Shown here: piece by piece, positions 13,656-27,312 of the stretch | Position numbering within the stretch: position 1 is the first letter of the stretch | How the letters are laid out: each line of letters opens with the position of its first letter | Translations under genes and position numbers: made by a program | Assembly: GCF_009914755.1 (NCBI RefSeq) | Contig: NC_060934.1 | Source of the DNA: the human T2T-CHM13v2.0 reference genome, Homo sapiens | Length of the DNA stretch: 64,000 nt | Strand: one strand, 5' to 3' | Notes under the pieces: generated by a model | Databases searched by the model: none | The model's input: the letters and a program-made list of their open reading frames with translations, nothing else | Told to the model about the DNA's origin: nothing

Positions 13656-13780
13656 GAAGACTTACTTAATGAAGCAAACACAGGAGATGGAACCTCCCTT
13701 GGGAAGAGGAGGTAAAATAGCAATAATTCCATGGCAGGGAGCAGTTTTAGTACCTACTAAGGAAAATTGAGAGTACAAAG
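13656..13780 (+). other. Candidate 125-nt non-coding exon
   Basis: Acceptor ttccatgtctttttag ending at 13655; donor AAG|GTAAGA at 13781; stops in all three frames; no repeat recognised here. Confidence 0.35.
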
Positions 13781-14258
13781 GTAAGAGTTTTGGATTTTGC
13801 TAGGGATGGTGAGTCTGTAGGGAAATACATAGCCAACCAATTTACTTACAGAGTAATTAATTGGAAATGCAAGTTGTTCATTAACCAAGATAGCGTATAT
13901 GTTAATCTACCAAAGCAGAATGCAAAAACTAGAAGAGAACAAGAAGGAAAACTGAGAGGTTTTAAATATTTGCAATGAAAAATTAAGGAAGAAAGTTGGT
14001 TTCAGGGAATATTTAGGAGCTGAGTTCTACCAAGGCAAATTTCAGAATGTTTTCTCAATGTAAAGGGGTAATAGAGGGTGCTCTCTGAGGAGGCTAGCAC
14101 TAAAGGAAGTCAGGAGACAGAATTTGTCATATTGTTGCTATGTAAATATTACTCATCTCAATTACTCATAGATGAAAACTTTCACCCAACAGACTGTTTA
14201 AACATTTTGAAATAACTTTATTTTACTTCATTACCTAAACAACACATGACCACTTTAA

Positions 14259-14601
<343 letters not shown>

Positions 14602-14657
14602 AGTAATCTTAAATTCTATAGATCTTTGTTATGAATTACTGCAGACCTGCTTCTCTA

Positions 14658-14860
14658 GACATACACATACTCAAAACACATACTCATACCCTTACACAAA
14701 CACATGCACATACACAATCACATATCTATATTCACATATACATACCCATACACAATCACATACACATAACACAAGAATATACAATCACACACCTATACAC
14801 ACACATGTTAAAGTACACAGGCATGCACACATATTTCTACATGTACATGTGTACACACAC
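14658..14860. repeat. Degenerate (CA)/(TA) low-complexity tract
   Basis: cacatacac/acacata-type units. Confidence 0.85.
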
Positions 14861-15389
14861 TCAGTATGAGACTTTCCTGCGTGTGATTAGCAGGTGGGAT
14901 GATGGCTGAATGTCAATATTGCAGAAAACTGCAGCTTAAAAGTTTCTGCTAATATCTTTCTTTTATATTAAAACTGAATTTTACCTCCCTACAGAATGTC
15001 CCTTTGTTCTGGGAAGATACAATTTAGTGAGTCCTTTTATTATGCAAATATAAAGCAAGGACTTTGTGTTCCAGTAGAAGACCTGAGTGCAATAAAACTG
15101 CAAGAATCAGTATGCCGCAGAGTGAGATGTTGTATTATGTCTATTAGTTTAAACTGAATGTATCTTTCAGCTGATTTGTGTCATGGGAGATTATATTTTC
15201 ATTAGAGACTTTTATTTCCTAAGTTTGGATTTAGATGTTCTTCTACCTGTTAATAAAAATAGTAGTAGTAGTGCTTATTATTACTATTTGTTTTTAAAAG
15301 TTATGTTTTTTATTCTTAAAGCAGCTAGTTATAGGACATGCTGGTCTTAGAAGCATAAGAGAAGATAAATAAATAGATAGGATCTATTG

Positions 15390-17240
<1,851 letters not shown>

Positions 17241-17347
17241 TTTATTTGGATTGTGCTTTCTCTTTGTTATGCTTTTTCTGTTTCTTACTGTCTTTTGGGT
17301 GGGGTTTTTTTTTTTCTCATGCTACTTTCTCCTACTGTTTACTTTTA

Positions 17348-17724
17348 CAGGAATACCTTGAAGATATTGCCGGTTTGGTTCCAGACTACCGACAGTAAAA
17401 TAAATACTGCAGTAATGCAAGTCACTTAAATTTTTTGGTTTCCCAGTGCATATAAAAGTTATGTTCATATTACACGGTAGTCTATTAAGTGTGCAATAAC
17501 ATTATGCCTTAAAAATATGTACAAACCTTAACTAAAAACATTTTATTGCTACAAAATGCTGACACAGAGAACACAAAAAAGGTGCATGCTATTGGAAAAA
17601 TGGCACTGATAGACTTGTTTAGAGCAGGGTTGCCACAAACCTTCCATTTGCAAAAAATAAAAATAAAATAAGCAGTATCTGCAAAGTGCAATAAAACAAA
17701 GCACAATGAAGCAAAGTGAGCTTG
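17348..17724 (-). mobile_element. Internally deleted Tigger1 (both termini present)
   Basis: Starts TA|caggaatacctt-gaagatattgc..ggttccagac; ends 'ggttgccacaaaccttc...gtatctgcaaagtgcaataaa...gagcttg|TA'; TA on both flanks. Confidence 0.88.
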
Positions 17725-18054
17725 TAGTTGTCATCATTAGGTATTCTACCTTGTATGGCTAACAGTGTTTAAATCTATTCGATTTCTTTAGTTTCCTTTG
17801 AAAGCATGAAAAAGACTTGGAAGCTTTAAGACTAATTACTCACAACCAATTCATGTTATTTTTGCCTAGCACTTTTTATTGGTGATATCATTAGGCGCCT
17901 GGAAGAAGCAAATAACTAACTTGTTTTCCTCTCATAAATTAGATGTATTATGTGTTGATTGTGCTTTATCTGTATATTTTCCAATGATCGTTACTTAATA
18001 TTCCTTTTTGTATTAACAAATTTACCATCCTAGATGTTTCTTCTACCCCCTAGG

Positions 18055-18267
18055 CAAGGGTTTCTCAGTCTCAGCACTTTTGACATTTGGAACCAGATAA
18101 CTCTTTGCTGGGGAGGGTCATCCTGTGCATAGCATGTTTAGCAGCATCTTTGGCCTCTACTCACTAGATGCCAATAGAACCTTTCCCTCAGTAGTGACAA
18201 CCAAAAATGTCTAGATATTTGTGAATGTCCTCTCTGTGGCAAAATTGCTGCTGGTTGAGATCCACTG
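18055..18267. mobile_element. MER20 (hAT-Charlie)
   Basis: 'tttctcagtctcagcacttttgacatttgg...gtttagcagcatc..tggcctctactcactagatgcca...gtgacaaccaaaaatgtct...ggttgaga.ccactg'. Confidence 0.9.
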
Positions 18268-18437
18268 CCCTCAAGTATAACCTTTGGACTTTTCTTTAGA
18301 GAGTTTTATTTTGCTTATCTGGGGAGGAAGGTAATAAACTTTCTTAGATTTTGCTTGTTTAAAAATGCATTTATTTTCTCCCATTCACAAAATATTATTT
18401 TCTGAGTACAGAGTATTCATTTTCTTCTCAATATATT

Positions 18438-19299
18438 TTTTAGAAAAAATAATATAGGTTTATTTAAAACAATTCACATCTTGAATATGCAAAATAGAAA
18501 CTACACGAATTGTTTATTTTACTTTGTAGTTTACAACTATACAAATAAAAGTTTGCATAAATTTGTATTACATATTTATAAAGCAAGAAATTATATAGAA
18601 AAAAACATTTGTTCTGCTTAAGGCATACTTGGGAATAAACCATTGTACAAATTATTGCACATCTGAAACCATAGTGCATAACAGACTGTCTGCATAAAAA
18701 TGTTAAAGAAGTAAACCAGGTGTATTTACCTGACTTCGGTCATAAATGTAAATTGGAAGACAAAAATAGATTTTCCTTGTCAAAGCATGCAGCAGTTTCA
18801 GAACTTAGGCTTTCTTATTTGGTACCTTTAGAACCAAGGCTCACCAAGTACCATCATTTAGGCTATTAAAACACATTTTTTGTACCTGAATTTCTTCCTC
18901 TTCTTCTAACATCATAATAATGGCTTCTAGAAGGCAAAGAAGAATCCAAGGTGATCTTTTATGCTTACATTGCATCAAAACACAATTCAAGGGAATTCTG
19001 GTCTTCCCTCCCTCAACCCATGAATCTAATTTATGCCCTGATATTCACAACTTCCAGTTACACCCTTGTAGGAATATTCAAGCTGGATTTAGAATTAAAA
19101 TTATAGAAGATGCAGTCACAGGCCCCATCTTTGATTTTTGTCTTTCTGATTCCTCATTTTTCATGACTAGCCATTCACAGGTTGACTCAGTTGGAAACTT
19201 GACCACAATTGTAGTGCTTTACAGCTAGGCTCCTCCCCTCACTGGGAAGACAGTGTGAAAGGTAAAAAATACTGCATTATCTTCTGGCAGTGTGGGTCC
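18438..19299 (-). pseudogene. KLF4: Processed retrocopy of the KLF4 3'UTR only (5'-truncated just downstream of the stop codon)
   Basis: Reverse complement reads GACCCACACTGCCAGAAGA...GGGAGGGAAGACCAGAATTCCCTTGAATTGTG...AGCCATTATTATGATGTTAGAAGAAGAGGAAGAAATTCAGGTAC...GCAGACAGTCTGTTATGCAC...GTGCAATAATTTGTACAATGGTTTATTCCCAAGTATGCCTTAAGCAGAACAAATG...AATAAACCTATA, colinear with the KLF4 3'UTR as I recall it. AATAAA at 18464-18459, short A-tail, TSD tctcaatatatt (18426-18437) / tctcgatatatt (19300-19311). Confidence 0.9.
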
Positions 19300-19660
19300 T
19301 CTCGATATATTAATGACATTCTTCTATTTTCTTCTGGCTTCTGTGATTGCTGTCATGAGGTTAGCTTTCAGTTTAATTGCTGTTTCTTTTGGTGATCTGC
19401 CTTATCTCTCTGTTTACTTTTAAGATTTTCTCTTTTTCTTTGGGATTTTGCTTCTTCACTCTTCTATGTCTGTGTACTGATTACTTTCCTATGTATCTTG
19501 TTTGGGCTTTGTTAGGCTTCTTAGATCTCGGGATTTGTGTCCCAAATTTTCTTGAAAATTTTTAGTCATTAGCTCATCAAAGCTTATTTTTGTTCCTAAT
19601 TCTTTTCATTATTTATTACTAGAACTCCAATAATTTTTATTCTAGATTGCCCACAGCGTC

Positions 19661-19984
19661 TTTTTTTGTTTGTTTGTTTGTTTTTTGTTTTTTTTTTTTT
19701 GAGACGGAGTCTGGTCTGTCGCCCAGCCTGGAGTGCAGTGGCGCAATCTCGGCTCACAGCAAGCTCCGCCTCTAGGGTTCACACCATTCTCCTGCCTCAG
19801 CCTCCTCCCGAGTAGCTGGGACTACAGGCGCCCGCCACCACGCCCGGCTAATTTTTTTGTGTTTTTAGTAGAGACGGGGTTTCACCATGTTAGCCAGGAT
19901 GGTCTCGATCTCCTGACCTCGTGATCCGCCCCCCTCGGCCTCCCAAAGTGCTGGGATTACAGGCGTGAGCCACCGTGCCCGGCC
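19661..19984 (-). mobile_element. AluY
   Basis: caagctccgcc, ttcacaccattctc, ttagccaggatggtctcgatctcc; (TTTG)n tail; TSD cacagYgtcttt at 19652-19663 / 19985-19996. Confidence 0.95.
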
Positions 19985-21149
19985 CACAGTGTCTTTCTTT
20001 AATCTCAATACCTCTTCAACATTTTGCAAATTTTCATCTTCTTAACCTTCAAACTTGGATCTACATTCTAGTTACCAATATCCTTTTTTGTCTAATCTTT
20101 TGATGTTTCATTTCTAAATTTTTAATTTATTTAACTTGTTCGTTACCCTGCTCATATTACTAAGCATCTCTTTCATGTTTGTAAACATACTATACAGTTA
20201 TGGTAAATTGTGTCTTATAATTCTAATACTTGAACTTTTGTTGGTTTGTCCGTGGGTTGTTTAGCTGATTCTTACTCACAGTGTCTTATTAACTTGTGTG
20301 TTTTGTGATTTTTGGCTATGAATTCTTATTTTCTTTATGAAAATATTTTGAGTCCTGAGATCAAGTTGGATACTTCATTTACTTTTGCTTGTCACCTAAA
20401 GGGCATTGCCAACACAAGACTGCTTCACATGCGGTTTTGAGGCACAAACAGTTAGTTTTCATGGGACTTTGAACCCTATAAAGAGATGACTTCTAAATTT
20501 TCTTGGTAGATTTTCCGCATTCACTTATCGATAATTTTTGCTTCTACCTTTTGCAATGTATCTTACTTCTCATTCATCCTTACATTTTGGGTTTTCCCTT
20601 TTACACTATTGGATTAGCTCTTTGGGATTTCAACATTAAATTAGGTATCTCCTGTTTCATTTCTCAAGTTGGTGGGTGTTAGCTTTTTATCTTTTATTCT
20701 CTGGCTTCCATGCAGTTATTGAGAAAGTAGTCACAATTACCCAGGGACCAAGAGAAACCCTGAGAGAGAAAAATCATCTTTGCTACCAAATGTTTCTCAC
20801 CCTTGTGTTATATTTGCTATAGGTTAAAAACACTTAAGAATATATATTTTGTATCATGTTAATATTTTTCAAGAAAAGTCAGTGAAGGCATTTAATCTGC
20901 TCTATTCTGGGACATGGAACTAACTTCAAGTTTTGAAGAATGGGGTAAAATGACTGAGACACAAGTAGACCATAGAGATAAGGAGAAATCTTTTAAACTT
21001 AGGCTTCTGTTAGCTCACATGTCCTCCATTCCAATTAATCTTGATGACAGTATTCAAAGAAGGCTGGGACCAGTGTACTGGGAATAATACTGTTCCTCTG
21101 ATTTCTCTCATATACATTTATTAATATGTCTTCTGATGAATTCTACCTT

Positions 21150-21310
21150 TCTGTGAGCAAGACAAGCCACCTCTCTGAATGTAAGCTTCTTCAAAGAAAA
21201 AGTGAAGATAGGTGAAAATTGCAATATCATAATAAGTTGTGGTTAGGTTAGAACTGCAGAAGCACTAAACACAGTGACTGACCCATGGAAGATATTCAAT
21301 AAATGCTGAT
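21150..21310 (+). mobile_element. MIR
   Basis: 'gagcaag...acctctctg...aagcactaaacacagtgactgacccatggaagatattcaataaatg'. Confidence 0.65.
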
Positions 21311-21899
21311 TGATTTCACATTGGAATTCTCTATCAGCATTGTGAGAAAGAAGATAAATGACTGACAAAAGAATGTAGAGTATGAAATGTAAAGATTGGG
21401 AGGAGGAGCTCACAGTCTCATGGTTACAGAAATCTTAGTGCTTATTCGATCTAATTTGTGTCTTTTTATTGCATTTCTTTGCTCATTAGCTGATTTATAA
21501 ATGTTTACTTATCTTTTATAAAGCCTTCTCTTCCTTTCTTTGATATTGATTGATAGAATCAATGTATGGATGGAATTGAGTTACTGACAATTTCTTAAGG
21601 TAACTATAAGATTTAAATTGATGTTTTATATGATAGCACAAACACTCAGAAGTTACCACATATGCAATATTAGCCTTACTCTCATTTTTTGTGTGTTGAT
21701 AGAAAAATCTTCAATTTAAAATATTCAAACCTTTAATTACCTACCTTTTAAAAAGAATTCACCCTCTCTCTCCCTACCCACCTCCTACCCCCGTGTGCGT
21801 GCGTGTATGTATGTATTTCTAAAGTATTAGTAGTCTTATTTCAAATCTAGTTCAATTCCTTAGATTGGCACAAAACAATCATTAATCATAGTTTGAAAG

Positions 21900-22215
21900 A
21901 GCTTACACACTGAGGCTTTGATGCTTGCTGTGTATGAAATCCTGAGGCCATCTTGTAAATAAACTGCAGTTAGCCTACTGGAAAGGCCTTGTGGTTGGCA
22001 TTTAGGTGCCCTCTTGACAAAATGTCAAACACCAGACATGTAAGAAGGCTATTCGAAACTATTCAGGGTCCAGTGAACCCTCCATCTGACCTTAGACAGA
22101 TGAGAGAACTTGGACAAGAAAGAGCGTTAAGCTTATCCACAGAACCAAGAGCTAAATGAAATGATAATTGTTTTACATTTTGGTATGTTTTGCTATACAG
22201 CCAAAGCTGTCTGAC
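21900..22215 (+). mobile_element. MaLR MLT1 LTR fragment
   Basis: 'accagacatgtaagaaggc...ccacagaacc...ttgttttacattttggtatgttttgctatacagc...ctgaca' is a typical MLT1 3' end. Confidence 0.6.
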
Positions 22216-23492
22216 ATATTATTGGAGATTTTAGGTTTTGTTTGTTTGCTTGCATCTGAGAATCTTTCTATTTTGTTCAGGGTAGTATAAAGATTGAATG
22301 TGATATGTAGGTGAAATAGCACATAGGCTCTTTTATAGTAGGTTTTTAATAGCTAATACTTATTGTTACTGGAAAAAAGTTAATAGCAGATTTGTGTCTA
22401 TTTCTCTAATGTCAGAAGTACCTGAGGATTGACCCTTTGTAGGATCCTATATATAAAATGAACTCAAAGAATTTATAAGATTATACCATAAACGAGCTAA
22501 ATGAGATTAAAGCCAAAGTTAGCACACTGAACTCTGCACTTACACCGCATTGAAAATTTCTACTGAATGGAGAGATGCACCTACATCAGAGAATGAGAGC
22601 AAGTTATGTATTATGAAAATCACTATGTGATTAGAAAGCAAAATACCTGAAAAGATCCTAGAGAATATGATTCCTTGAGCTGAGATAAACCATGACCCCC
22701 GGCCTCACCTCTTGGCCACACATACCCTAACTGTGTAGTTATTTGGAAACTTTGGAAGATTTTTTCTAGAAGTCACAAGATCTCTCTATGCTGTTAACAC
22801 TTATGATATGTGGTCTGTTCTAGTTACTATTGCTTCATAATGAGTTACCTTAATAGAAATCCAAACTTTAAATGTTCAAAACAAAATGATTGATTTCCTC
22901 CCACCTGAAGTCTGATTTTTTTTTCTCAGTTTTCTCTATTTTGGTAATATATTCTACCCATTTTTTTAAACTGTTTCTGGGTATGTCTAAAGGAGTGTGT
23001 TAAGATAAACATGAGAGACTGAAAAAACTTTCACGGAAGAATGAACTCCAGCAGAAGACTAATCAGAACCTTGACTGAAGTAATTTTGCAAGAGTGAGGG
23101 AAGGACAGTGATTCTTAGCACAGTCTAGCGTTTCTCACTAAAATTGTCTTCTGGAACCACCTTATGGATTCATGCCTTTTCCTTTGAACACAGCATGCTG
23201 CCACAAAGTAGTTGTTACAAAACAAAACAGCTGTTTATTTTCCAGCTCTATGGGACATAAAAGGCTTAAGATATGCTCCATGTTAGAGTCATCTGCCGTG
23301 TACCTGTCAAGAGATGCTGCATGAGGCCATCAGAAACCAGATTGGAGTGCTTTGGGGCAAACATGAGGAGAAATTAACAGCACCCTGAATACCTTTTGTG
23401 AGCATTAATGTGGTAACATTTAGTGGGCATTAATGGTATTAGCTGCCACTTTAGGCATTGGTATAAGTAGAAGAGGTGGAGAAGATAAAAAT

Positions 23493-23873
<381 letters not shown>

Positions 23874-24461
23874 TTAGTCTACTACAGTCAATATGGCCCC
23901 ATCCTTACTCTCAAGGCACTATGACACACCAAATATCAGGTACGACTACCACCTTTCTAAACCAAAAGGTTTCCCCAGGGATATTTCTTTAGTCAGTATT
24001 GTCTTGATTAAGATCACATTGATCAAATTGTATAAAAGGTTATATTTGTGTGTGTCATCGCCTTCTGCTCTATCATACAAAAGCATTTCTATTCAGAAAA
24101 ATATGCACAGCTGGCTGTATTAGTGTTCCACATGCATCAGAGTGAATTTAGAGTTCTGATAAAAGCTTCCAAAAATCTTTTCTCTGTACCATAAAATGAA
24201 ACTCACTTTGAAGCATTCATTCAAATTGTCAGCTTTATAGATTAATATTGGGGAAGTGACTGTTTTTATACATACCTATACAATTTAATTTTTTATATGT
24301 GAGAACAGGTATAATGTTTTCAAATGTCAGCTGATTTATGCTTTTTTATTAATTTGAACTTACTTCTAAGCCCCACTCACTTGTAATTGAGGTAAAGCCA
24401 TGAAGCTAGAGTCAGAAAGAATATGACCTAGAAAAAGCAAAAGACCAAAATTTCACTCTTA

Positions 24462-24797
<336 letters not shown>

Positions 24798-25083
24798 CTA
24801 ATACCCTACCAAGGGGTTTTGTGAAGAAGAAAAGTGATAGGGCGTAAAAGATGACTGAAGTATGTATTTCTATCTCTCATCTCCAAGCTAAAATCCTAGA
24901 GTGTACGTGTATCATACAGATGGATAAGAAATGTAAACACAGAAAAGATTACTACTCTGTCTCTTGTTTAAAATATTTCCAGCCTTGTAGCAACTTGGGG
25001 CTGAGCTTCTTCAAAATAAACCTGATGGCACAAGATGCCTTGGCCAAGGAAGGAATCAAGTTTAGTTTATCTAAAAGCAATCC

Positions 25084-25360
25084 TTTTTTCTTTTTTTTCT
25101 TTTTTCTTTTTTTTTGAGACGGGGTCTGGCTCTGGTCACCCAGCCTGAGTGCAGTGACACAATCTTGGCTTACTGCAGCCTTGACCTCCTGGGCTCATGT
25201 AATCCTCCCACTTTAGCCTCCAGGCTAATTTTTATATTTTTTATAGGGGGAGTTTTGCCATGTTACCCAGGCTAGTCTCAAACTTCTGGGCTTAAATTAT
25301 CTGCCTCCCTCGTACTCCCAAACTGCTGGGATTATAGGTGTGAGCCACTGTGCCTCACCT
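25084..25360 (-). mobile_element. AluJ
   Basis: 'actgcagccttgacctcctgggctca', 'gttacccaggctagtctcaaacttctgggct'; degenerate TSD atctaa(aa)gcaatc. Confidence 0.92.
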
Positions 25361-25489
25361 ATCTAAGCAATCTTTAGTTCCCAGGTGACAAAGAGAGGAA
25401 ATATGAGAAACCCAGAGTTTTGCATGTTTCCTTGAAGCAAGTCAATGAAGGTAACTTCATGGGTAACAGTTTTTCTTTATGAAAGTACA

Positions 25490-26190
25490 CTTATAATCAC
25501 AATTAAATATTCTTACACACCTACAGGAAATTAAAGGAACTGACCATAGTAAGTATTGGTGAGATGATAGAGTAATCAGAATTCTCATGCACGCCTTGTG
25601 GGAATATACATGTTACAAATATTTTCATAATTGTTTAGAAGTTCCTTCACTGTAAATATTCACTTATATCACCCAGTCATTCTACTCCCTCCTTGACATT
25701 TACCCAATAGGAATGAAAGTGTGTATCCATACAAATACTTGAACTTTAATAGTCTTAACAACTTTAGTTATATATAGAAAAATATGGAAACCCAAATTTG
25801 AATGAATAAAATGTTTGCAGTACATCCATAAAATGGAATACCATTTAGTAATCCAAAGAAATAAACTGTTAATTCAATGAGAATGAATATCAAAGTCATT
25901 ATATTAAAAGAAAGAAGTCAGACAAGCAGTAAATACTTGTTTTTTTATGCAAAATTCTAGAAAATGAATTCTATAGTGGTAGAAAGCAGATTAATGCTTA
26001 CCTGAAAAGTAGTGGATAGAGAGGGAGGAAAGGGAAGAAATTTTAAAAGGGAAAATTCTTGAGGTTTATGCATATATTTATTATTTTGAATGTGCTGCTG
26101 GTTTTATGAGTTTATGCCAAAACACATCAAATTGTACACTACAGCAGAGGCAGTTTAGTGCATATAAATATTACCTTATTTAAACTGTTA
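25490..26190 (+). mobile_element. Old L1M (ME/MD-like) 3' region
   Basis: 'aagtattggtgagatgatagagtaatcagaattctcatgcac...acatccataaaatggaatacc...aaagaagtcagaca...atcaaattgtacact'. Confidence 0.7.
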
Positions 26191-26912
26191 AAAAATACAG
26201 TATGTAGTTTGATGATTTGACAAATGTTTACAGCCATATAACCAATGCTGCAATCATGATATAGAAACTTTCCATCAACCTCAAAATTAACCCTATGCCT
26301 ATTTTGCAGAGTCATCTTCTCCTTCATGATCCCTTGACAACCATTGATCTACTTCTTTATCCTATATTTTTGCCTTTTCTATAATGTCATACAGATTAAA
26401 TTCAGTATCTAATTTTGTTGTTGTTTTTGGCTTTTTAATGTTGTGCTTTTGAAATTCATTTATGGTCTGTCATGGATCAGTAGTTTGTTATTTTTTATGA
26501 CTGAGAAAAATCCATTTTAGGGATAGACCATAATTTGATTATTCATTTGCTAGTTGTTTGATATTTTGTTTTTTTCCAATATAGTGCTCTTAGAAATATA
26601 TCTTTTTTGAGCATTCATGTACATGACTTTGGGTGGATGTATACATGTTTAGATCCTAGGTAAATTAAATATGAGTGGATTGTTGTGGTGTAAGGTAAGA
26701 GTTTGTTTAACTTTACTTTTTAAAGTGCGTTTTTCAAAATGATTGCACCAATTTGCATTCTTACTATCAATTTATAAGAGTTCCAGTTGCTTTACATCAT
26801 TACCAGTTTATCACTGTTCTAGTTGTTCTACATCATCAATATTTGGTATTGTCAGTTCTGTAGACATTGGCTATTTGAATGAGAATGCAGTGATATCACA
26901 TTGTGGCTTTAG

Positions 26913-27312
<400 letters not shown>

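Larger units (their letters stand above)
18290..20400 (-). mobile_element. Ancient L1M fragment hosting the KLF4 retrocopy and an AluY
   Basis: Antisense L1 ORF1-like text ('tcttctggcttctgtgattgctgtcatgaggttagctttcagtttaattg') continues across both insertions; boundaries approximate. Confidence 0.6.

Noticed and set aside
18920-19228. 102-aa + strand ORF (MASRRQRRIQG...)
   Set aside because: Antisense to the KLF4 3'UTR copy with no recognisable domain; a chance ORF.
18438-19299. Functional KLF4 gene or paralogue
   Set aside because: No zinc-finger coding sequence is present; the TSD and A-tail show a truncated retrocopy.
23000-23490. Possible ERVL/MaLR internal fragment
   Set aside because: The texture is suggestive but I could not match diagnostic motifs, so it is left uncalled.
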